A model generated the notes under the pieces. That model ran no database searches, was not told the DNA's origin, and saw only the letters and a program-made list of their open reading frames with translations. Shown in pieces: positions 56,032 to 64,000 of a DNA stretch of 64,000 nucleotides (position 1 is the first letter of the stretch; every line of letters begins with the position of its first letter). The translations under genes were made by a program, and so were the position numbers. The stretch spans positions 2,976 through 66,975 of the forward strand of contig CAJXMT010000001.1 in NCBI GenBank assembly GCA_913056155.1. Direction: 5' to 3'. Source of the DNA: an uncultured Cryomorphaceae bacterium. Its GTDB lineage: Bacteria > Bacteroidota > Bacteroidia > Flavobacteriales_G > Salibacteraceae.

Positions 56032-56632
56032 AGTCACCCGATTGGTATTCCTCCCGGCTCAAGTATTTGATTTCCCTGATTACAGTAAAACCAAATAATC
56101 CGCGTGCCACATCATACATGATGTAATCGGCATCCCAAATCTCGGGCTGTTCGGCACTGTCGATAATTCGCAAACCCTCTTCTTTCGCCAAGGCGCTATC
56201 GGCAAAATGAATTTTGACATCATGCGGACTAAACCCGGTGCCGATATGATCTACATCCACAATTTCATAAACTTCAATGCGTCTGTTATCCACAATCAAA
56301 AAGTTGAGCCAAAACAACAAACCCACCGTGAGCGGCCCCAATCCCAAAACGTTGGCTAATACCACTTCAAGCCGCTCCATTTTAAGCGTGTCGCGATACC
56401 AACTGTAGGGTAAAACAAGCAATATCACGCTAAAAAAAATAATGAGGCGCCACATGAGGTGGAGTTCAATCAATGTGTATTTAGAAACGTAAGCAATGGA
56501 AAAGCCGCCGCCGAACAAACCGATTAACATCAGGCTGTGCGACCAATGCCAATCGTTCCCTCTAATTTGATCCTCAACCGGTTTGTTTTGAAATTGAGCT
56601 TTTTTCGGCTTAAATCGATCAAGAAAACTCAT
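56024..56632 (-). CDS. hypothetical 3-TM membrane protein with a soluble C-terminal domain
   Basis: Three hydrophobic helices followed by a domain of about 90 aa. Shares an ATGA overlap with the CPBP gene. Confidence 0.5.
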   Translation of the reverse strand: MSFLDRFKPKKAQFQNKPVEDQIRGNDWHWSHSLMLIGLFGGGFSIAYVSKYTLIELHLMWRLIIFFSVILLVLPYSWYRDTLKMERLEVVLANVLGLGPLTVGLLFWLNFLIVDNRRIEVYEIVDVDHIGTGFSPHDVKIHFADSALAKEEGLRIIDSAEQPEIWDADYIMYDVARGLFGFTVIREIKYLSREEYQSGDYE

Positions 56633-57579
56633 GACTCTCGTTTTTTAAGGTTGCTGTGCGGTTTCCCGATTTGGTAAAAAGCAAAAATCAATAAAGCGGA
56701 AAGCACCACTGAAATAGCCGATGACACAAAAAAGGTGTTTCCGCCCGCCAACTCTTCGGGGTCTTGGTTCATCATTTCGGGACCGTAAAAAAACACGGCG
56801 AAAACTGCGGCGGCATTATTGGTAAAATGCAAGATTATGCTCGGCCACAAACTCTTGCTCCACACAAAAATGTAGCCCAAAACGGCACCCAAAAACAATC
56901 GCGGTAAAAAGCCGCTGTATTGCAGGTGAAAAAGTGAAAACACAAGTGCGGTAATCCAAACCGCCGCATGTACACTCATTTTATTTTGCAATACACGCTG
57001 TAAGTATCCCCTAAAAAACAACTCCTCAGCCACAGCGGGTAAAACAGCTATAAGCAGTAAATTCACGATAAAATCAACCGTTGAATTTTGAGCCAGCAAG
57101 CGCATCATCATTTCAATGCCTTGCTCGTCATTAGCCAGCAGCATTTCACGCAGGTGACTCAAGCCGTTGGGAAAGGGTATGTTTTCATTCAACCAACCCA
57201 AAAACATAATGCCGGGTAAGGCTGCCAAAGGGATGATAAAACTCAACAACCATTGCGAAACGGGAAAATCAATATGAAACAATTTACGATTTGAATACCC
57301 GATAAAAATATTGGCCGCCAAAGCCGCAATCAAAAATCCGCCCAAAGCGTAGCCGGCCTGTAAAATTCGCATGGCGTTCACTCCCTCGGGTGTTGGTGTG
57401 TCACCCTCTAAAAAACCCGTCATTCCACTTGAGCCGTACAATGCCCAACCCAAGGCAAAACCCAAGCCGCCCAAAACCAACGCGCCAAAAGCAAAAAACA
57501 CAACCCCCGCCATTATTTGGCCGAAAAGGCTCTGAATTTTACGGTCTTTTTCCTGTTCCATTTGTTGTTTGATTGACAA
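56629..57579 (-). CDS. CPBP family (CAAX/Abi) intramembrane metalloprotease
   Basis: EELFFRGY, FSLFH and HFTNN motifs. Confidence 0.8.
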   Translation of the reverse strand: MSIKQQMEQEKDRKIQSLFGQIMAGVVFFAFGALVLGGLGFALGWALYGSSGMTGFLEGDTPTPEGVNAMRILQAGYALGGFLIAALAANIFIGYSNRKLFHIDFPVSQWLLSFIIPLAALPGIMFLGWLNENIPFPNGLSHLREMLLANDEQGIEMMMRLLAQNSTVDFIVNLLLIAVLPAVAEELFFRGYLQRVLQNKMSVHAAVWITALVFSLFHLQYSGFLPRLFLGAVLGYIFVWSKSLWPSIILHFTNNAAAVFAVFFYGPEMMNQDPEELAGGNTFFVSSAISVVLSALLIFAFYQIGKPHSNLKKRES

Positions 57580-57614
57580 TTCGCAGAGTCCGTCACCGGC
57601 CGCCGAATTAATTA

Positions 57615-57622
57615 TAATTTTG
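57615..57622 (+). promoter_or_regulatory. possible -7 box TAATTTTG
   Basis: Matches TAnnTTTG but ends only 12 nt before the dusB ATG, which would give a very short leader. Confidence 0.3.
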
Positions 57623-57633
57623 TCCCGATTATT

Positions 57634-58635
57634 ATGGGCGTAAAAATTGCAAATATAGACCTTGGCGACTTCCCGTTGTTACTCGCTCCCATGGAAGATG
57701 TGAGCGACCCGCCTTTTCGCGCGTTGTGCAAGGAACAGGGAGCCGATTTAATGTACACCGAGTTCATCAGCTCAGAGGGATTAATACGCAACGCCGCCAA
57801 AAGCACCCAAAAACTCGATATTTACAAATACGAGCGCCCCGTAGGTATTCAAATTTTCGGCAGTGAGTTGGAATCCATGCAACAAGCCGCTGAGATTGTC
57901 ACACAAACCAATCCCGATATTTTAGATATCAACTTTGGCTGTCCGGTAAAAAAAGTAGCTTGCAAAGGAGCGGGAGCGGGCATATTAAAAGATATCCCCA
58001 AAATGGTGCGGCTCACTGAGGCCATAGTAAAAAGCACGCATTTGCCCGTTACCGTAAAAACGCGATTGGGCTGGGATGAAAACTCCAAATACATTGTTGA
58101 AGTAGCCGAGCGACTGCAAGATGTAGGTATTAAAGCCATTTCCATTCACGGGCGTACCCGTACCCAAATGTACAAAGGCGAAGCCGATTGGTCGCTGATT
58201 GCCGAAACCAAAAGCAACCCGCGGCTGCACATTCCCGTATTCGGCAACGGCGATATCGACACCCCGCAAAAAGCCGCAGATTACAAAAACCGATACGGCG
58301 TTGACGGCATCATGATTGGCCGGGCAAGCATCGGCTACCCGTGGTTTTTTAATGAAATCAAACACTATGTAAAAACCGGCGAAACACTACCTCCCCCAAC
58401 AGTTGAGGAGCGAGTACGCCTAGCCAAGCGCCATTTAGATATGAGCGTTGAGTGGAAAGGTGAACGCACCGGCATTGTGGAAATGCGCCGGCACTACGGC
58501 AAATATTTCAAGGGGCTGGAACATTTCAAACCGTTCCGCACCACGCTGGTCACCTCAACAGAAACAACTGAACTTCACCGTACTTTTAATGAAATCCTCA
58601 ACGCGTATTCGGGATTTGAATTTGAACCGGTATAG
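57634..58635 (+). CDS. dusB: tRNA dihydrouridine synthase DusB
   Basis: LAPMEDVSDPPFR, INFGCPVKKV and HGRTR motifs. Confidence 0.85.
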   Translation: MGVKIANIDLGDFPLLLAPMEDVSDPPFRALCKEQGADLMYTEFISSEGLIRNAAKSTQKLDIYKYERPVGIQIFGSELESMQQAAEIVTQTNPDILDINFGCPVKKVACKGAGAGILKDIPKMVRLTEAIVKSTHLPVTVKTRLGWDENSKYIVEVAERLQDVGIKAISIHGRTRTQMYKGEADWSLIAETKSNPRLHIPVFGNGDIDTPQKAADYKNRYGVDGIMIGRASIGYPWFFNEIKHYVKTGETLPPPTVEERVRLAKRHLDMSVEWKGERTGIVEMRRHYGKYFKGLEHFKPFRTTLVTSTETTELHRTFNEILNAYSGFEFEPV

Positions 58636-58683
58636 CAGCTTTATTCTTTCCATTATCGCTTTACTATTTTAAAAGTTTCCCTT

Positions 58684-58697
58684 TTTTGGTCAGAGCC
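58684..58697 (+). repeat. iterated 14-mer, 13/14 copy (TTTTGGTCAGAGCC), intergenic
   Basis: Read directly. Lies 49 nt after the dusB stop. Confidence 0.75.
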
Positions 58698-58873
58698 GTA
58701 AACCGTTTTTTCGTCAATTGAACTGCGTTGTATATTCATTTCTAATTCCATCATCCCCTCTGTTCAAAAGAGAATTCAAAGGACGCAACACTTTTGAACT
58801 TTATTGAGTGCTAACCAAAACCAACCCCAAATCCCCAAATTTACCTTACTTTGCACTGTAAAATCCAACCGAT

Positions 58874-60148
58874 ATGAACGTATTAATTTTGGGCGGCGGT
58901 GGTCGCGAACACGCTATAGGTCACAAAACGGCACAAAGTAAAAATCTCAAAAATTTGTTTTTTATGCCCGGCAATGCCGGTACGGCGGCCGTGGGGAAAA
59001 ACATACCGGGTAGTCCGGAGGATTTTGAGGGGGTAAAAAAACAAATTATCGATTATGAAATCGATATGGTGATTGTGGGGCCCGAGGCTCCCCTAGTGGC
59101 GGGCGTTACCAACTTTATCAAAAGTGATGCGCAAATTAAAAACACTTTGGTGATAGGCCCCGAAAAGGCTGCTGCACAGCTGGAAGGTTCAAAGGATTTT
59201 GCCAAGCAGTTTATGAAACGCCACCAAATTCCAACAGCAGCCTACCAAACCTTTAGCGCCGGCGAATACGATCAAGCCGCGGCTTTTCTCAAAACACTCC
59301 GGCCTCCCTATGTGCTCAAGGCCGATGGTTTAGCCGCAGGAAAGGGGGTTCTGATTATTAATAATTATGAAGAAGCCTGTAAAGAGCTCAATGAAATGTT
59401 GAAGGGCAAATTTGGCGAGGCATCGGGTAAAGTAGTGATTGAGGAATTTTTGAACGGTATTGAACTATCGGTTTTTGTACTTACCGACGGCAAAGATTAC
59501 GTTTTACTGCCCGAAGCGAAAGACTACAAACGCATTAAAGAAGGAGACAAGGGCTTGAATACGGGTGGAATGGGAGCCGTTTCACCGGTGAAATTTGCCG
59601 ATTGCGACTTTATGAATAAGGTGAAACAGCAAATTATAGAACCCACTTTAACCGGTCTCATGAAAGACAAAATGCCCTACACGGGTTTTATTTTCTTTGG
59701 GTTGATGAATGTAAACGGCGATCCTTATGTTATTGAATACAATGTACGTATGGGCGATCCTGAAACTGAAGTTGTATTGCCGCGCATCAAGGCCGATTTA
59801 CTCGATTTATTTGAAGGCGCTGCAACAGGCGATTTGGTAAACCGCAAATACTCGCACCACTCTGATTATGCCGTTACGGTCATGTTAGTTTCAAAAGGAT
59901 ATCCCGAGGCTTACGAAAAGGGAAAAGAAATCACGGGGATTAAAGAGGCAGAGCAAAAACATTTGGTATTTCACGCAGGTACAAAGGAAGAAAACGGAAA
60001 AGTACTTTCAAACGGCGGCAGGGTGATTGCCGTTACGGGAATGGCCGGCGCACTTGACGATGCCGTTTCCTGCGCTTATGACGGTGTGGCGCAAATCGAT
60101 TTTGAGGGAGTTACATTCAGGCGAGATATTGGTGCAGATTTGAGATGA
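58874..60148 (+). CDS. purD: phosphoribosylamine-glycine ligase
   Basis: MNVLILGGGGREHA, an ATP-grasp core and EYNVRMGDPE. Confidence 0.9.
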   Translation: MNVLILGGGGREHAIGHKTAQSKNLKNLFFMPGNAGTAAVGKNIPGSPEDFEGVKKQIIDYEIDMVIVGPEAPLVAGVTNFIKSDAQIKNTLVIGPEKAAAQLEGSKDFAKQFMKRHQIPTAAYQTFSAGEYDQAAAFLKTLRPPYVLKADGLAAGKGVLIINNYEEACKELNEMLKGKFGEASGKVVIEEFLNGIELSVFVLTDGKDYVLLPEAKDYKRIKEGDKGLNTGGMGAVSPVKFADCDFMNKVKQQIIEPTLTGLMKDKMPYTGFIFFGLMNVNGDPYVIEYNVRMGDPETEVVLPRIKADLLDLFEGAATGDLVNRKYSHHSDYAVTVMLVSKGYPEAYEKGKEITGIKEAEQKHLVFHAGTKEENGKVLSNGGRVIAVTGMAGALDDAVSCAYDGVAQIDFEGVTFRRDIGADLR

Positions 60149-60186
60149 AACCCATCAATTTAGAGAAATAGCAAAAATCGCACACA

Positions 60187-60936
60187 TCACTCCACCTCTT
60201 TGCGCGGCGGTTTGCGTTTGAGTTCGAAATTTTCACCCAAATACACTTTTCGTACTTTTTTATCGGCGGCTAAATCCTCAGCACTGCCGGCTTTTAATAT
60301 GTTGCCCTCAAAAAGCAAGTATGCGCGATCTGTAATAGAAAGTGTTTCTTGCACGTTGTGATCGGTAATGAGAATCCCTATATTCTTGTATTTGAGTTTA
60401 AACACGATATTTTGAATATCCTCAACAGCAATAGGGTCAACGCCCGCAAAAGGTTCATCGAGTAAAATGAACTTAGGATCCACGGCCAGTGCTCTGGCAA
60501 TTTCTGTTCGGCGCCGTTCACCCCCCGAGAGTAAATCACCGCGGTTGGTACGTACGTGTCCTAAAGAAAACTCATCAATCAGCTCTTCCAACTTTTCTTC
60601 CCGCTCCTTTTTGGTCAGATCCCGCATTTCCAAAATGGCCATAATATTGTCTTCCACGCTCAACTTTCGAAATACCGATGCTTCCTGCGGGAGATATCCG
60701 ATTCCCAAATTAGCGCGCTTGTACATGGGAAAGTGTGTAATTTCGGTTTGATCCAGAAACACCTTGCCGCCGTTGGGTTTTACCAAACCCACAATCATGT
60801 AAAAGGATGTGGTTTTCCCTGCACCGTTGGGGCCTAACAACCCCACGATTTCACCTTGGTTTACGCTCACCGAGACTCCCTTTACAACGGTTCTGCTTTT
60901 GTATTTCTTGACGATATTTTCGGCTCTGAGTTCCAT
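60187..60936 (-). CDS. lptB: LPS export ABC transporter ATP-binding protein
   Basis: [24 protein letters not shown] and the LptB-like C-terminus. Confidence 0.85.
   Translation of the reverse strand: MELRAENIVKKYKSRTVVKGVSVSVNQGEIVGLLGPNGAGKTTSFYMIVGLVKPNGGKVFLDQTEITHFPMYKRANLGIGYLPQEASVFRKLSVEDNIMAILEMRDLTKKEREEKLEELIDEFSLGHVRTNRGDLLSGGERRRTEIARALAVDPKFILLDEPFAGVDPIAVEDIQNIVFKLKYKNIGILITDHNVQETLSITDRAYLLFEGNILKAGSAEDLAADKKVRKVYLGENFELKRKPPRKEVE
60609..60622 (+). repeat. iterated 14-mer, 13/14 copy (TTTTGGTCAGATCC) inside the lptB CDS
   Basis: Read directly. The gene strand encodes D-L-T-K-K. Confidence 0.6.
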
Positions 60937-60946
60937 AAAGATTCGA

Positions 60947-63523
60947 TTAAAATGAAAGTTGGGCCTTGGCTCTGATCCCGATACCGCTAATGCTGCCCAA
61001 AGAGCTTATGTTCGGGTTGTCTAGATAATTCAGCCGCTTCACCACATCAACGCGCAATAGTTTTAAAATATTTTCAATCCCGGCGCTTACCTCCATGTAG
61101 GGTTCATCCCGCAACCTGCGCTCTTCGGTTAAAACAGGGTGGTAGTACAAATTGGGGTTATCAAAGTTTCGGTTTTGCTGCGTTACATCGGCCCAAATGG
61201 CTTTTGCAGATATTACCGCACGCCATTTAAGCTTGTCCATAAAAGGTACTTGCGTGGTTAACAAACCATTGAAATGGTGCTCCATCATCAAACTTACCGA
61301 TTGATCTCCTGCAAACTCCACAAAATTCATCATGTTGAATGAGCGATCGTCATAGGCAAAAGTTTCATTCCCCCTGAATATTTCCAACAGCGGGTAAGGT
61401 ACAGTTCCGAATATTCGATTGGCTTCGAGCAAAACATCGGTGGTGCCGAATATACCCAGCTTAAATCGTTTCTCGGTTGAAAAGTAAATTTTATGGTATT
61501 CAAAGGCACCCAATAACTCCGGACTGTAGGTGTACTGCAACTCAAATACGGGTGCTGTGGTTTTGATGGGCGCTCTTGAAAAATGGCCTTGCACGAATTT
61601 CTCGTTAAGTGCTAATCGGGTTCCCAAGGTGAACTCGGTTACCTGAATCGGAGATCCGGTTTGGTCTTCATTCAGTCTGATTTCCGGCTCGTAAATAACC
61701 GGCCTGAATTCATTGCGATACGTGGTGGTGATTTTTCTGTTTTTAATTTGTATGAAGTTTTGAAGCCCTATAAACCACTCTTTGGTAAAACGGGTAATAT
61801 ACTCCTCTTTGTAAAACATATCGTCACCGGGTGTTCGCCGGAGCGAGAGAAAAATATTATCTTGATTGCGCCAAGGCACATCAAAACCGGGTTGATAAAT
61901 ATCATTGATGTATTTAAACTCCAGTTTGGTAATGGGCTTGGTGCTGAAAAAGTACTCTGCACCGGCATTTACCTTGAACCGCTCATCGCGAAGACCGTAG
62001 GCCGTATGCGCCGAAAAGCGCCAATTTTCATGAAAGTTTTTATTGGTGCGACCGCCGAATTTAAGTCGAATACCTTCTACATCATTATAGCTTAAAAAGG
62101 TGGTGAACGGGCCGATGTCGAATTTTTTACCGGCCTTAATATAACCGCTCACCAAAAGCTCTCCAAGGTTTACAATGGTATTAAACTCGGGCAGCCTTTG
62201 AATAGTATCCACCATTTCATATATCCCTTTTTCCTCTTCTGTTAACGTATCTAAGCGGTGGTTTTGCCAAAAATCTTCATCGCGATAATTGGCACTGTCC
62301 ATGATTTCGGATTCGTTGAGCCCACTGTAGTAATCATCGCTGCGCGGTTTGTTGATCATCAAATTATCATAAGTTACCGTTTTGGTGTTGTATAAACCCA
62401 TGCCTCTGCTCGAGGGTTGCACATCAACCACCATTTTGTCTTTCACCACCATCCATCCCAGGGAATCTTGATATTCAAACTCCTGCTCAATTCGTAAATC
62501 TTCCAAAAAGTTGACGTTAATGCGTTTATCGATATTGAGCTCAATCTCCTTTACCGCGTAATTTTGTGAACTGTCTGCCACCATCATATGGCCGGTAAAG
62601 GCCACCAATTGCGGGTTTCGCGGCATAAAAGACAGCTTTTTGTATTTCTCACCCTCCACTTCAATAGAATCTGTAACGTAATAGCGATATACGTTGGGGC
62701 CCAATTTGGATATGGGAGAGGTAAAGGACTTATCCAGCAAATCAATTCTACTGTCGTAAATATCTACTTCGGATCCCAGTTTGTCCAAAAATTGGCTGAT
62801 GCCCTCGCCCATCACCCCATCCTCAAAGCCCGAAATGCGTAACCCCTTCACTATCTCACGCGTTGTCTTCGGTTCTGACCGAAAATAAATTTTTGATGCT
62901 TTTTCTTTTATGAGTACAGGAACATAGGGCTTGCCGTTTACCTCACTGGTGTCCACATAGTCAAAAAGTACTTGAAAGCTTTTTAATGAGGTACGCTTGG
63001 TCCATTCCTCAGTGAAATTATTGAGGTCAAATTGATCTTTCACGTATTTATCGTACTCCAAATATTTGAGCTTCTCACTTTGTAACCGATTTTCATCGCG
63101 GTGATCCAGCACCTGCCTGATAAGCGATACGGCAGGATTATCTTTGTTTTTATAGCGGTCATTCGATGCTTGAATAGTCACCTCTTGAAGCTCCTCAATA
63201 TTTGATTCCAACTCAAAATCTATGGTTTGCTTTTCACCTTTCACCAGTTGTTTTACTACAGGCTTATATCCCATAAAGGAGGCCTTAATTTCATTCGATG
63301 CCCATTGGGTTTCCAGCTGATAATAGCCTTTCATATCTGTAGTAGTGCCAATATTTTTGCCCACCAGCGAAATATTCACAAAAGGCAGTGGTTCACCGGT
63401 CTCTACATCGGTTACGGTACCGTTAATCTCAGTGTATTGAGCGTGCAGCAAAGACTGTGTAAAACACAGCATTACAAGGAGTAACGAATAAAAAAACTTC
63501 ACTTTTCGCGATGCACTGTTCAT
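60947..63523 (-). CDS. CarboxypepD_reg-like domain plus DUF5686 family outer-membrane protein
   Basis: 858 aa. Signal peptide and an N-terminal [21 protein letters not shown] domain. The large C-terminal region is typical of DUF5686. Confidence 0.65.
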   Translation of the reverse strand: MNSASRKVKFFYSLLLVMLCFTQSLLHAQYTEINGTVTDVETGEPLPFVNISLVGKNIGTTTDMKGYYQLETQWASNEIKASFMGYKPVVKQLVKGEKQTIDFELESNIEELQEVTIQASNDRYKNKDNPAVSLIRQVLDHRDENRLQSEKLKYLEYDKYVKDQFDLNNFTEEWTKRTSLKSFQVLFDYVDTSEVNGKPYVPVLIKEKASKIYFRSEPKTTREIVKGLRISGFEDGVMGEGISQFLDKLGSEVDIYDSRIDLLDKSFTSPISKLGPNVYRYYVTDSIEVEGEKYKKLSFMPRNPQLVAFTGHMMVADSSQNYAVKEIELNIDKRINVNFLEDLRIEQEFEYQDSLGWMVVKDKMVVDVQPSSRGMGLYNTKTVTYDNLMINKPRSDDYYSGLNESEIMDSANYRDEDFWQNHRLDTLTEEEKGIYEMVDTIQRLPEFNTIVNLGELLVSGYIKAGKKFDIGPFTTFLSYNDVEGIRLKFGGRTNKNFHENWRFSAHTAYGLRDERFKVNAGAEYFFSTKPITKLEFKYINDIYQPGFDVPWRNQDNIFLSLRRTPGDDMFYKEEYITRFTKEWFIGLQNFIQIKNRKITTTYRNEFRPVIYEPEIRLNEDQTGSPIQVTEFTLGTRLALNEKFVQGHFSRAPIKTTAPVFELQYTYSPELLGAFEYHKIYFSTEKRFKLGIFGTTDVLLEANRIFGTVPYPLLEIFRGNETFAYDDRSFNMMNFVEFAGDQSVSLMMEHHFNGLLTTQVPFMDKLKWRAVISAKAIWADVTQQNRNFDNPNLYYHPVLTEERRLRDEPYMEVSAGIENILKLLRVDVVKRLNYLDNPNISSLGSISGIGIRAKAQLSF
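62871..62884 (-). repeat. iterated 14-mer, 13/14 copy inside the DUF5686 CDS
   Basis: The plus strand reads GGTTCTGACCGAAA. The gene strand encodes F-R-S-E-P. Confidence 0.65.
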
Positions 63524-63610
63524 TGAGGGGGCAACTGTTTTAAGAATCTGCTAAAGTAACCATTCCGGCTGTACCGGCCGAAGAAGATTTCAAACGGCTT
63601 TTAACTGAAT

Positions 63611-64000
63611 TTACAAACTCATTTGGTCTTTCAATTTAGCAGCCTGCCGGCGCGATATTTCAATTTGGCGTTGATCGCTCATTACCACCAACAAGCCGCC
63701 GTTTAATGAAGGCTCTATTTTTTCAATAAAACTCAAATTAATAATGAACTTGCGTCCCGCTCTAAAAAATTGTTTTTTACTTAGTTTGTCTTCCAGCTTG
63801 TTTAAGGATTTCAAAACCATAGGCTTTTGATTATCGAAAAAAACCTGAACATAATTTCCGTTAGACTCAAAGTACCTGATATCTTTCAAGCTCACAAACC
63901 AGCATTTATCACCGTCTTTTAAAAACACGCGTTCATCTTCTCTCAAAATGCGCGAAGTTCCCTTTTCATCTTTCCCGGGCGGTTGAGCGGGCAGGTCTTT
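63611..64000 (-). CDS. LytTR-family DNA-binding domain protein (probable response regulator; 5' end lies outside the window)
   Basis: LytTR pattern (FLKDGDKCWFVSLKDIRYFESNGNYVQVF...). The frame stays open to the window edge. Confidence 0.75.
   Translation of the reverse strand, partial: KDLPAQPPGKDEKGTSRILREDERVFLKDGDKCWFVSLKDIRYFESNGNYVQVFFDNQKPMVLKSLNKLEDKLSKKQFFRAGRKFIINLSFIEKIEPSLNGGLLVVMSDQRQIEISRRQAAKLKDQMSL

Noticed and set aside
1-64000. Search for CRISPR arrays, rRNA, IS elements, integrases, and restriction-modification or other known defence genes
   Set aside because: I recognised none on either strand. The only RNA gene I can support is tRNA-Ala.

Overview
This is a 64-kb chromosomal segment from a Bacteroidota organism, probably Flavobacteriia-like. 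The phylum call rests on TAnnTTTG -7 promoter boxes 25-40 nt upstream of many starts, several proteins with type-IX-secretion (T9SS) C-terminal sorting domains, a SprE/PorW-like TPR lipoprotein, and DUF5686, GH3 and DUF349 proteins. Most genes are housekeeping: accC, an mlaEF-like pair, nrdJ, gmhA, ssb, pepA, tRNA-Ala, rseP, dxs, bcp, recA, purS, pssA, mltG, dapF, dusB, purD and lptB. I saw no rRNA, CRISPR array, transposase or integrase. The points worth a second look are listed below.
1. A 14-mer, TTTTGGTCAGAACC, occurs 9 times exactly and 8 times with one mismatch. It appears in both orientations, is enriched between genes, and is also embedded in unrelated ORFs.
2. A roughly 4.6-kb block that looks AT-richer by eye (12.3-16.9 kb) is bracketed by 51-nt direct repeats of a long hairpin.
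3. Inside that block, a T9SS-cargo alpha/beta-hydrolase gene is split by a single in-frame TAA. Its signal-peptide-like 5' end has no start codon unless an upstream (AC)7 dinucleotide repeat changes length.
4. Three translationally coupled genes encode a CPBP protease, a 3-TM protein and a small protein with an Rx4H (HEPN-like) motif.
5. A 2281-aa SprB-repeat adhesin carries a G8 tract in its 5' coding region.
All functional calls come from reading the translated ORFs. No database search was run.
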